43,722 bases of DNA from a virus (Duplodnaviria > Caudoviricetes). The notes beneath the pieces are model-generated. The model worked only from the letters and a program-made list of their open reading frames with translations. It did not search any database and was not told the DNA's origin. Numbering within the stretch: position 1 is the stretch's first letter; each line of letters opens with the position of its first letter. Position numbers and translations under genes: made by a program. The stretch covers positions 1 to 43,722 of IMG/VR virus record IMGVR_UViG_3300025862_000007; one strand, given 5' to 3'. This document shows positions 1 to 7,827 of the stretch, piece after piece.

Positions 1-108
1 ATGCAGCTTCTTTGCATCGCAGGTGGATTAGCGATTTCGCAAGTGGTGTGGATTATTTATGTGATTTTGCTATACACCGGGAAAATAAAAATCTGGTCTT
101 GGCTGTAG
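1..108 (+). CDS. small membrane peptide (35 aa, MQLLCIAGGLAISQVVWIIYVILLYTGKIKIWSWL); may be 5'-truncated by the window edge
   Basis: Hand-translated ATG1..TAG108; one hydrophobic segment followed by basic residues. Below the ORF-track size cut-off. Confidence 0.5.
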   Translation: MQLLCIAGGLAISQVVWIIYVILLYTGKIKIWSWL

Positions 109-134
109 CCCCACGCGGGCAGAGGGAGCCGGGG

Positions 135-257
135 ATGAGTGACTTGCTTTACGGATATTTTAGCGGACTACCGATGGGCATTCTTGTTGGCGCGTCATGG
201 ATGCGTTGGTACTACAGAAAATTTATAGCCAAAGCAGCCGCAAAAGAAAAGGCTTGA
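135..257 (+). CDS. small single-TM protein (40 aa)
   Basis: C-terminal part of track ORF 12..257. ATG135 follows GAGGGAG; hydrophobic GLPMGILVGASW then a basic tail. Confidence 0.6.
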   Translation: MSDLLYGYFSGLPMGILVGASWMRWYYRKFIAKAAAKEKA

Positions 258-282
258 CAACCCGGTAGTAGTCGGGTATACT
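254..282 (+). promoter_or_regulatory. sigma70-type promoter TTGACA-N17-TATACT upstream of the SLT gene
   Basis: TTGACA 254-259, 17-nt spacer, TATACT 277-282; inverted repeat ACCCG(260-264)/CGGGT(273-277) across the spacer. Confidence 0.8.
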
Positions 283-302
283 TTACTGGAATCGAGGACA
301 CA

Positions 303-812
303 ATGAACAGGCTAAAAATGGTTTCCGTTCTGGTATCCGTTTTGAGTTTCCCGTCCATGACGGCGAAACCAGTCCAGAGAAGCGTATCAGAGTTTGAGCA
401 GGAAGGATTCCGTACGAGTTCATTCCAAGCTGCCCGTGTTTTCGGGCGTGCCGGCTGCGGTGACCTCCCGTTGGCGGAAATGGTAGCGCGTAGCTCGGCC
501 AAGACCGGGCTGCCAGCCAACGTCATCGCAGCCGAGATTGCCGTCGAATCGACTTGTAACCCGTTGGCGGTCAGCCGGGATGGCGGCGTAGGATTGATGC
601 AAGTCGAGCCACACGTCTGGGCGGGAAAGTACAACAACTTCCGGGACAAGAACCTCTTGAAAGCCGAAGACAGTATGGAAGTCGGATCTGAGATTCTAGC
701 CGAGAACATCCGCCAGTACGGCCTGCGTGACGGGATTCGCAGGTACAACGGCCAAGGTCCGGACGCCGAACTGTATGCCGTGAAGGTCATGCAATTGGCG
801 GGTGCCCGGTAA
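303..812 (+). CDS. lytic transglycosylase (SLT domain) with N-terminal signal peptide
   Basis: SLT motifs: catalytic ES (IAVES), GLMQ, and RYNG; hydrophobic N-terminus; SD GAGGA. Confidence 0.9.
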   Translation: MNRLKMVSVLVSVLSFPSMTAKPVQRSVSEFEQEGFRTSSFQAARVFGRAGCGDLPLAEMVARSSAKTGLPANVIAAEIAVESTCNPLAVSRDGGVGLMQVEPHVWAGKYNNFRDKNLLKAEDSMEVGSEILAENIRQYGLRDGIRRYNGQGPDAELYAVKVMQLAGAR

Positions 813-982
813 TGGCTGAATGGACGATATGCAACGAGTGCGGTGCGGATATCCGAGGCAAGAGCCCGGTTTACACGTGCCAACGGAACGTCCACGACCG
901 CAGGAAGTTTTTCTGCACCATAGTTTGCCTGAACCTGCACACAGACCGATGTATAGCAAAGGAAAAGAGGGCTTCAAGATGA
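812..982 (+). CDS. TRASH/YHS-like zinc-finger protein (56 aa)
   Basis: Hand-translated MAEWTICNECGADIRGKSPVYTCQRNVHDRRKFFCTIVCLNLH...; TAATG overlap with the SLT stop and ATGA overlap with the next gene; CxxC...FCxxxC. Confidence 0.75.
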   Translation: MAEWTICNECGADIRGKSPVYTCQRNVHDRRKFFCTIVCLNLHTDRCIAKEKRASR

Positions 983-1167
983 CTGTTAACAGGGGCAGGC
1001 GGTCGACCGGCGGAGAACTCCTAGTCCCGGCACCGACGTTCGCGGAATCCTTGCTGATGGAGATCTTGATTCACGTGATCCATCCGGACACGACATCCGA
1101 CTCCATCAAGAAAATTTTAACCCGGGCCGGTTTCACGGAAGCAGAGATCGAAAAACGCTTGCAATAG
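979..1167 (+). CDS. hypothetical protein (62 aa, MTVNRGRR...)
   Basis: C-terminal part of track ORF 820..1167; ATGA coupling to the upstream gene and SD-like AGAGG. Confidence 0.6.
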   Translation: MTVNRGRRSTGGELLVPAPTFAESLLMEILIHVIHPDTTSDSIKKILTRAGFTEAEIEKRLQ

Positions 1168-1192
1168 CAGCAAAATTCGCGTAGGAGACACT

Positions 1193-1375
1193 ATGCCGGT
1201 TAAGATTTATAGCGGGATGAAAAACACTTGCAGACGGTGTGGTTGTGTGATACAATGCAACCCGTCGTACATCTGGCACGACAGGCAAGGACACATCTGG
1301 CACTTCTGTTCGAAAGAGTGCCGGTACTTGAAAATGAAATCCGTGAAGGCCACGGTCTCGCCGGGCGTTCTATAG
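1193..1375 (+). CDS. TRASH/YHS-like zinc-finger protein
   Basis: CRRCG...HFCSKEC; SD AGGAG. Confidence 0.75.
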   Translation: MPVKIYSGMKNTCRRCGCVIQCNPSYIWHDRQGHIWHFCSKECRYLKMKSVKATVSPGVL

Positions 1376-1383
1376 GAGGCGCT

Positions 1384-1557
1384 ATGAAAACCCAGAAAGA
1401 GCATAAATGCAAGCGGTGCGGCGAACGATACAATGAACCGAGTTATTGGTTTGCTCCCGTATTAGGGGAAGTCACAACGCTTAACTACTGTTCGGAAGAA
1501 TGCCGGCAAGCCGGGATGGCGACATATCTAGCGAAAGCGAATCGGGAATCAAGATGA
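1384..1557 (+). CDS. TRASH/YHS-like zinc-finger protein (57 aa)
   Basis: MKTQKEHKCKRCG...NYCSEEC; SD GGAGG before ATG1384 (C-terminal part of track ORF 1228..1557). Confidence 0.75.
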   Translation: MKTQKEHKCKRCGERYNEPSYWFAPVLGEVTTLNYCSEECRQAGMATYLAKANRESR

Positions 1558-1694
1558 TTAGTAACCTGTTCGAACTGTTTCTGTGCCCTCAGCACGGCCT
1601 GCTACGACCGGATAATATCAGCCTTGCGCTGGCTTTCGGCCAGACCGTCTGGATGCAGGCTTTCATGACCGCGAAGAGGTTCGGCCTGCTGTGA
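1554..1694 (+). CDS. hypothetical protein (46 aa)
   Basis: ATGA and GTGA coupling on both sides; MISNLFELFLCPQHG... Confidence 0.55.
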   Translation: MISNLFELFLCPQHGLLRPDNISLALAFGQTVWMQAFMTAKRFGLL

Positions 1695-2014
1695 CGCCGT
1701 GTATGAGATGCCCGGCATGCAATAACGATGGACGCGCGAACCCGTGCGCTTTCTGTAGTCGGAGCTGGACAACCGGTTGGAAAAGCTGGAAGTACTGGAC
1801 GAACCCGAAAGTCGTGCATTTTGACGGCCGCGGCGGAGAGATAAGCAGGACTGGTGGAGACAAACCTTTTTTCCGGCACGTAGATATCCGGAAACTGGAG
1901 ATCTCTAGACCCGGGACTATCATGAACGTCACGGAAGAAGAGTTGACACTGATTAGAAAGTACGGCTGGACGCTTGAAGAAATCATGATTTTAAGGGAGC
2001 CAAATGAGGAATAA
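1691..2014 (+). CDS. hypothetical protein with N-terminal CxxC-CxxC
   Basis: GTGA overlap with the upstream gene; CPAC...CAFC. Confidence 0.6.
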   Translation: MTPCMRCPACNNDGRANPCAFCSRSWTTGWKSWKYWTNPKVVHFDGRGGEISRTGGDKPFFRHVDIRKLEISRPGTIMNVTEEELTLIRKYGWTLEEIMILREPNEE

Positions 2015-2234
2015 CTGGGAAGTCATCACAACGAGCGATAAGGCGAAGCGAGACGAGATGTACCACGACTTACGGGAGAACGGGAATAGCCTCGAGCGGC
2101 AGGTCGTGAAGTTCAGCGATTGCGAGTTGACTGATGAGGTAGAATTGGTGTTTTACGAACATGGTGATGACGCGTATCCCCGGCCAGTCTACCGTTCGAC
2201 ATGGAGTATCGCGTATCCGAGGTCGGATGTCTAA
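2004..2234 (+). CDS. hypothetical protein
   Basis: SD AAGGGAG; overlaps both neighbours. Confidence 0.65.
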   Translation: MRNNWEVITTSDKAKRDEMYHDLRENGNSLERQVVKFSDCELTDEVELVFYEHGDDAYPRPVYRSTWSIAYPRSDV

Positions 2235-3303
2235 GCCATGGACGGCTGGATGGAAACCTAATCTACCGGATCCGCTGTCGCCAGTACGGACTGGGTCTCA
2301 CCCGACGTCAGGTTCGACAGAGGCGACCGGTGGATTTGCCGCAAATCTTAAAAAAGCTTTTAAACAATCTAACTTGCAAAACAAAGGATGGCAAATGCCA
2401 AATAAACAGGATGTGAACGAAAAGCAGGCAGGCTGGGCGGTCTCGAAAGGGACGTATCGTAGCGTCGAGGATATCCGCGAGACGCTGCCGCCCGGGATCT
2501 ACACTCTGGACATCGAAGACGGCCACAAACTCTACACGCCAGTCACGGCGCCGAGCGATCAGGCGATCGATTTGCCCGGCCTGCCTTCGAAGTATTTGAT
2601 GGATCAGATCAAGTTGTTCTGGAACCGGGCTGACCGGTATAAGCAGTATCATCTACTCCAGAAGCGCGGCATCCTGTTGTACGGCGAGCCCGGATGCGGC
2701 AAGACGTCGATCATCAGCCTGCTCGGGAAGGACTTGATTGATATCGGCGGCGTGATCTTCCTGATCGATGACTTCGCGACCGCGAGTATCTGCATCCAGC
2801 ACTTCCGGTCCGTCGAGTCCAGCCGTCCTATCATGACACTGATGGAAGACATCGAAGGCGTGTTCAAAGGTGACCAAGGCAACAGGGAAGTCAAGGCCGC
2901 GCTATCGTTGCTTGACGGTCAGGACCAAGTCAACAACATCGTGCATATCGCGACGACGAACCAGCCCGAGGATCTAGCCGACCGTTTCATCAAGCGGCCC
3001 GGCCGTTTCGATTTGGTGATCGGGATCCACGCACCGCAGGCCGACACCCGCCGGGCGTATTTGAAGCACGTCACGCAAGACCAGATCCCGGCCGAGAAAC
3101 TCGATGAACTCGTCGAGAAGACGGAAGGCTTGAGTTTGGCTTACTTACGCGAGATCGCATCGACGTTCTTGTGCCTAGACATCCCGGTCGACGAGACGCT
3201 CACGCGGTTGCAGAAGAATTTTAAACTCAAACAGTTGAAGGGCGGGAAAGGATCGCCGAAGGTCGGATTTAGTATCGGATATGAAGCAGAGGAGGGACGG
3301 TGA
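2227..3303 (+). CDS. AAA+ ATPase (classical clade); start at 2227 or 2395
   Basis: Walker A GEPGCGKT, Walker B LMEDIE, sensor-1/second region of homology TTN...RPGRFD. Confidence 0.9.
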   Translation: MSKPWTAGWKPNLPDPLSPVRTGSHPTSGSTEATGGFAANLKKAFKQSNLQNKGWQMPNKQDVNEKQAGWAVSKGTYRSVEDIRETLPPGIYTLDIEDGHKLYTPVTAPSDQAIDLPGLPSKYLMDQIKLFWNRADRYKQYHLLQKRGILLYGEPGCGKTSIISLLGKDLIDIGGVIFLIDDFATASICIQHFRSVESSRPIMTLMEDIEGVFKGDQGNREVKAALSLLDGQDQVNNIVHIATTNQPEDLADRFIKRPGRFDLVIGIHAPQADTRRAYLKHVTQDQIPAEKLDELVEKTEGLSLAYLREIASTFLCLDIPVDETLTRLQKNFKLKQLKGGKGSPKVGFSIGYEAEEGR

Positions 3304-3593
3304 TGTTCTGGAAGACCAAGAAAGACAAACGGATTGAGCGTCTGGAAAGCGCCAGTATTCACGCTGAAAGAGAGATGTCGAGTATCAGGGACACGATTCG
3401 CGATTTCTTGTATCACAGCAGCGAGTACAGAGAGATTTTCGGCCAGATCGGGATTTCCTACGGTTATCCAGAAACACGTCTGTCCTGCTTGACAGACCAA
3501 ATCAAGAATCAGCAGGATATAAAGACCCGGGAAGCCGAGATCCGCCGGGTCGTGACTTGTATGCAGCAAGAAGAGGAGAAGAAATGCGACTAG
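3300..3593 (+). CDS. hypothetical coiled-coil protein
   Basis: GTGA overlap, SD GAGGAGG. Confidence 0.65.
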   Translation: MMFWKTKKDKRIERLESASIHAEREMSSIRDTIRDFLYHSSEYREIFGQIGISYGYPETRLSCLTDQIKNQQDIKTREAEIRRVVTCMQQEEEKKCD

Positions 3594-3736
3594 GTGAAAT
3601 CGAGCACATCCACACCGTGAAGCCGTTATTCGAGCCGGTCCCGCTAGCCGAGCCGGAGCATCTCGAGCCGGCCGAGACGCCGCAGGAACAACCAGTCAAA
3701 ATCGAAGAACCTGTCCATGACATGGTAGGAGTATAG
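3584..3736 (+). CDS. small Pro/Glu-rich protein (50 aa)
   Basis: Hand-translated MRLGEIEHIHTVKPLFEPVPLAEPEHLEPAETPQEQPVKIEEPVHDMVGV; SD GAGGAG; fills the gap between its neighbours. Confidence 0.65.
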   Translation: MRLGEIEHIHTVKPLFEPVPLAEPEHLEPAETPQEQPVKIEEPVHDMVGV

Positions 3737-3737
3737 T

Positions 3738-4514
3738 ATGCCGCCAGACGACAAGAAGACAAACGCCGCGGACGCGCTGACCGCGCAGGATATTCGAAAC
3801 GCCGTGAATACTTTTACGTCGGCTCCCGTATACAAGTCATACGTGTTCGCGAATCTGTTCGGCTCGCCGTTTATAACCCGACACGCGAGCGATCCAGTCG
3901 TTCCAGAAAAAGCACCGACACCCGCGAGCGAGTCACAGGATCCGATCGTCGGGTACCGCGTCTGGAACCTGAACCCCGACGGCCTGCTCGTCTCGAGCGT
4001 CAAAAAGGAGGTCTGGCCGGCTCGGAAGCGGATGTCTCTAGGCACGAAGGAAGACGACCTCCATCTCGGAATCCACGCCGCGAAATCCATCGACCGGATA
4101 ACCAAACCGCCTGTCTATGAAAGCCTAGAAGAGGATTTGCTGATGTACGGCGGACTGTTCGGCGAAGAGCAGGGATTATGGGACGAGTATCGCGGTCAGG
4201 TCGCCGGTGAAGTCTCGTTGTGGGGCGAGGTCAAGGAATTCAAGCACGGGTATACTGGGGAGTTCGCGTATCCTAGGCGGCTATGGGTATCCGAGACTCT
4301 GGACGTCCTGCAGATCATGCGGCTCGAGCAGAATTACGGAGTCCCGGTCGAGACCCGAGCCAACCTCGGGCCGTGGAAAGAGTCCAGTTTTTCAGTAGCG
4401 ATGCGGTCGATGTTTCTACCGACACCGTTTTTTACAGTCACGGCCGCTCCGACGCACTTCGACCCGTTGGCCGTCACGAATTCCGGGAAATTCGACGAGA
4501 AGGGGAAGCCGTGA
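3738..4514 (+). CDS. phage hypothetical protein (VGYRVW...GIHA...GEVSLWG...GY.GEFAYP motifs)
   Basis: 258-aa ORF with SD AGGAG; motif series of a kind seen in phage uncharacterised proteins. Confidence 0.75.
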   Translation: MPPDDKKTNAADALTAQDIRNAVNTFTSAPVYKSYVFANLFGSPFITRHASDPVVPEKAPTPASESQDPIVGYRVWNLNPDGLLVSSVKKEVWPARKRMSLGTKEDDLHLGIHAAKSIDRITKPPVYESLEEDLLMYGGLFGEEQGLWDEYRGQVAGEVSLWGEVKEFKHGYTGEFAYPRRLWVSETLDVLQIMRLEQNYGVPVETRANLGPWKESSFSVAMRSMFLPTPFFTVTAAPTHFDPLAVTNSGKFDEKGKP

Positions 4515-4732
4515 GTATCGGAAGCACGTGTCAGGTCGCAATCTATATCGAAGGGAGTGCCCGGGAAGGCACGTCCGAGAGCATCTACGACCCGACGAAT
4601 ATCATGGGCGGCGCCCGTTACCGCCTATGCGGTCGGGAAGCGTCCACAAAGTCGTCCGGCTACTGGTTGTGTGAAGAACACGCCGCCAGATATAAAGATT
4701 TCAAGAAAAGACTTGACAAAGAGTCGATGTAG
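4511..4732 (+). CDS. small Cys/His protein (C...C...CxxH)
   Basis: GTGA-coupled start at 4511 within track ORF 4283..4732. Confidence 0.55.
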   Translation: MSIGSTCQVAIYIEGSAREGTSESIYDPTNIMGGARYRLCGREASTKSSGYWLCEEHAARYKDFKKRLDKESM

Positions 4733-4741
4733 GTGTAGAAT
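4713..4741 (+). promoter_or_regulatory. sigma70-type promoter predicted to give a leaderless recombinase mRNA
   Basis: TTGACA 4713-4718, N17, TAGAAT 4736-4741; ATG4748 is the 7th nt after the -10 box and has no SD. Confidence 0.8.
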
Positions 4742-4747
4742 TCCAGC

Positions 4748-5695
4748 ATGATATTCAAACGACAAGCCGAGCACTTCATGCAGTCCGCGACTCAACGCCG
4801 GCGTAATCCGGTCCGTCCGCAGACCGCGAAGATCTATCAAAGTTACCTTGACGCGCACATCCTTCCGGAATTTGCTTATATTTCCACCCACTTAATCGAG
4901 AATGGCTGCATGCGGGACTTTATCGCTGCTCTATCCAAGAAGAATTTGTCGGCTTCGACGATTAACCAGATCTTCAACGTCGCGGCGGCTGTCATTGCAT
5001 CCGAGACAGACTCTAACGGTAACGAGATGAACCCCCGGAAGTGGAACCACGACTTCATCGACTTGCCGATCGTCAGTAAAACCGACACGCGGGCTGAAAT
5101 CGTGACTCCCGAGCAGATCGAGGCCGCGATCGCCGAAGCCGACCCGACTCTCAGGTCGTTAATCGTCCTGCTCGCCGCGACCGGACTGCGGATCGGCGAG
5201 GCTTTGGCCATACAAGCCTCGTACACGAAATACCAGCAAGATACTTGCCAACGAATATCGTACTGGAGCCCGGAAACAGCCACTATCCACGTTAAATCGA
5301 CTCTAGTCCGCGGGAAAATCATGCCGCAGCCGAAAACAGACGCAGGAAATCGGGAAATCGACCTACATCCGGACATTAACGAATACTTAAAAGTCGCAAA
5401 TCTGCCAGACAAGGGTTTTTTGTTTCAAAATAGCGTCGGAAACCACGCCCGGGTCGAGACTCTGTACGACCAACTCGAGGCGCTCGGTCTAGACACGGGA
5501 TTTCACGCATTTAGACGGTTCCGCGCGACACATCTCGAGTCTCAGGGTGTCCCGCGAAGCCTGACGGCTTACTGGCTCGGCCACAATAGCGGCGGTACCG
5601 TGACAGACAGGTATATAAAAATAGATCGAGATCTGGCAATAAGAAAATCTTGGTGCGAAAAGGCAGGATTAGGTTTTGAACTCTCAAAAAGTTAA
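4748..5695 (+). CDS. int: tyrosine recombinase / phage integrase (core-binding + catalytic domains, no evident arm-binding domain)
   Basis: Catalytic set R (TGLRIGE), K (PKT), HxxR (HAFRR), H (WLGH), Y (DRY). Confidence 0.92.
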   Translation: MIFKRQAEHFMQSATQRRRNPVRPQTAKIYQSYLDAHILPEFAYISTHLIENGCMRDFIAALSKKNLSASTINQIFNVAAAVIASETDSNGNEMNPRKWNHDFIDLPIVSKTDTRAEIVTPEQIEAAIAEADPTLRSLIVLLAATGLRIGEALAIQASYTKYQQDTCQRISYWSPETATIHVKSTLVRGKIMPQPKTDAGNREIDLHPDINEYLKVANLPDKGFLFQNSVGNHARVETLYDQLEALGLDTGFHAFRRFRATHLESQGVPRSLTAYWLGHNSGGTVTDRYIKIDRDLAIRKSWCEKAGLGFELSKS

Positions 5696-6311
5696 GCGAA
5701 TTAAGGCGATAGAAAAACTCGGTGGGGTAAAGTGCCCCGGACTGTCTTTTATAGACGGACCTGACTGCCCTGTGCACCCTGAACTTTTAACAGTCGATGA
5801 CATGAATTTTTCACATAGAAAATCGTCGATTCGTAAAAGCTGGAAGAAATCCGAAGACCAGATTCTGGGTATGAAGCGCCCAGAAAAAGTTTTTATATTA
5901 CTTTGTTGTATGTGCAACGAAAGAATGCGCCATCTGGCTAAAGAGTTCGGATTTATAAAATTGCCGAAAAGGGTTATAAGCCTTTACTTAGACAAAAATT
6001 GGTCGTTGGAGAGAATTGCTAACGAGTACGGTTGTATCTACGGAACGGTGTCCGGCTTTCTAAAAAGGAATGGTGTAGAGATCAGAAAAGGGTCAAAAAT
6101 GGGTGGGATGTATACTTGGGGCAACCCAGCGGTTAAAGAAAAATTGTTGAGGGAAAGAAGAACGAGGTGGTTTACTCCAGAGAGAATAAAAACTGCCGAA
6201 GAAATGCTGGAAATGTACGATGGTGGAGATAGTTTAAGGGATGTGGCGCAATGGTTTGGGACGACACACCACTCTGTACGGGCGCATTTGAAACTAATAG
6301 GAGAACTCTGA
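5676..6311 (+). CDS. degenerate HNH-like domain fused to two HTH-like DNA-binding modules
   Basis: LGGVKC...C...LTVDD...LLCCMCN resembles the HNH pattern LGGxC..DH..LCxxCN; SLERIANEYG and SLRDVAQWFG are HTH-like; AT-rich. Confidence 0.65.
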   Translation: MNSQKVKRIKAIEKLGGVKCPGLSFIDGPDCPVHPELLTVDDMNFSHRKSSIRKSWKKSEDQILGMKRPEKVFILLCCMCNERMRHLAKEFGFIKLPKRVISLYLDKNWSLERIANEYGCIYGTVSGFLKRNGVEIRKGSKMGGMYTWGNPAVKEKLLRERRTRWFTPERIKTAEEMLEMYDGGDSLRDVAQWFGTTHHSVRAHLKLIGEL

Positions 6312-6862
6312 TGACTGACATTCCGTTTCCAGAAATGCCGAAGATCCCGCGCCTGAGCCGAGACTGTGTCATCACTGAAAAGATTGACGGCACGAACGCG
6401 AATATCTACATCACGGACGACGGGCAATTCCTCACCGGGAGCCGGACGAAGTGGATCACGCCGGGCAAACAGACTGACAACTACGGGTTCAGTCGGTGGG
6501 CTCACGAGTATCGCGCGGATCTCATGAAGCTCGGCCCGGGCCATCACTTCGGTGAATGGTGGGGACTGGGTATCCAGCGCGGCTACGGTTTGACCGAGAA
6601 ACGTTTCTCGTTGTTCGCGACGCACCGTTGGAGTGACCCGGCTGTCCGGCCGGCATGCTGCTCGGTTGTCCCCGTGCTGTATTACGGGATTTTTAGTACG
6701 GAAGTAATTTGGAGAATAATCGATGATTTAGCTGCGGTAGGTAGCGTCGCGGCGCCGGGATTTGGGCAGCCGGAAGGCGTCGTGATCTACCATGAGGCCA
6801 GCAAACAGCTTTTCAAGAAGACGATCGAGAAAGACGATAAACCTAAAGGGAGCCGAGAATAA
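6311..6862 (+). CDS. RNA ligase, Rnl2-like nucleotidyltransferase domain
   Basis: Motif I EKIDGTN, III GEWWG, IIIa FSLF, IV EGVV, V FKK; TGATG coupling; SD AGGAG. Confidence 0.88.
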   Translation: MTDIPFPEMPKIPRLSRDCVITEKIDGTNANIYITDDGQFLTGSRTKWITPGKQTDNYGFSRWAHEYRADLMKLGPGHHFGEWWGLGIQRGYGLTEKRFSLFATHRWSDPAVRPACCSVVPVLYYGIFSTEVIWRIIDDLAAVGSVAAPGFGQPEGVVIYHEASKQLFKKTIEKDDKPKGSRE

Positions 6863-7062
6863 TGAGCGAGACAACGTATAAGTCCGGTGGTTTGAGTTTC
6901 ACGAGTATCCTGACGCTAATCTTCGTCCTGTGTAAGCTGACGCATTACATCGACTGGAGTTGGTGGTGGGTTCTGTCGCCAGTCCTGATTGGCGCGGCGT
7001 TCGGGTTTTTAACCTTGGCGATCATCGCTATTATCGTGGTTGTAGCGGCGGTGCTGAAGTGA
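6862..7062 (+). CDS. small two-TM phage membrane protein (IDWSWWWVLSP type)
   Basis: Two hydrophobic helices around KL...IDWSWWWVLSP; TAATG coupling. Confidence 0.8.
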   Translation: MSETTYKSGGLSFTSILTLIFVLCKLTHYIDWSWWWVLSPVLIGAAFGFLTLAIIAIIVVVAAVLK

Positions 7063-7493
7063 CGCGGGTAACAAAGGTCGCGCTGACCGGCAAGGAACGC
7101 AGCGCAAGAAAGATGCTCGCCAGCATCGTGAAGTTCCTGCAGGTCGGGGACATAGAGTCCTCCGATTTATGGGCTATCCTGACGGCGCTCCGTGGTCCGG
7201 ACTCCGGGAACGACGAACTGAAGCGAGCCACGACGTCGCGACTCAGGCACGCGATCGGCCTGCGGGAATACGAGTCCGGTCCATTTTGGGGGCACTTCCA
7301 TACAAGCCAAGATCCGTTAACGAGAACCATTTATGCTTATGATAAGAGCGTACATTTTGTAACGCACTTCAACTCCGCGGTGGACACGCTGGATAAATTC
7401 AACCGGCAGGAACAAAAGGAAATCAATGCGAAACTCGATGCCCTTACTTCTGTTTTTGACCGCGACGCTTTTCGCAAAGCCAATACGAAGTGA
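7059..7493 (+). CDS. hypothetical protein
   Basis: GTGA-coupled start within track ORF 6960..7493. Confidence 0.6.
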   Translation: MTRVTKVALTGKERSARKMLASIVKFLQVGDIESSDLWAILTALRGPDSGNDELKRATTSRLRHAIGLREYESGPFWGHFHTSQDPLTRTIYAYDKSVHFVTHFNSAVDTLDKFNRQEQKEINAKLDALTSVFDRDAFRKANTK

Positions 7494-7818
7494 CGACCGT
7501 CATCTTGACGTCTGGTACGCGGCGTACAACCACGAGTATTTCCAAGATAGCCTGCCCAAGACGACGGTCATCACGAGAAACCTCGCGGATGACCGTTTCA
7601 TGGCGCAGACCTTCTACGAAAACGGGTACTACCACATCGCGATTAACCCGCGGTATAACGAATCCGGCAAGACGGAGAAACTCAACTTGCTGCACGAAAG
7701 TTGTCACTTGTATATCTTTGTAACCCATGAAGACGACGAGTACGACGACCACGGCCCGAAATGGCAAGCATGTATGCACAGGCTAGCGGACGAAAACGCG
7801 TTTGAACAACTTTGGTGA
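7426..7818 (+). CDS. SprT-like zinc metallopeptidase with signal peptide
   Basis: YNHEYF..LP, LLHESCH (HExxH), HGPKW; N-terminal hydrophobic signal; SD AAGGA. Confidence 0.85.
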   Translation: MRNSMPLLLFLTATLFAKPIRSDDRHLDVWYAAYNHEYFQDSLPKTTVITRNLADDRFMAQTFYENGYYHIAINPRYNESGKTEKLNLLHESCHLYIFVTHEDDEYDDHGPKWQACMHRLADENAFEQLW

Positions 7819-7827
7819 GGAGACGAT

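Noticed and set aside
212-940. 242-aa minus-strand ORF
   Set aside because: Antisense shadow of the SLT gene, which has clear catalytic motifs, an SD and a promoter.
820-978. N-terminal extension of track ORF 820..1167
   Set aside because: The interval is better explained by the translationally coupled zinc-finger ORF 812..982; the downstream gene likely starts at 979.
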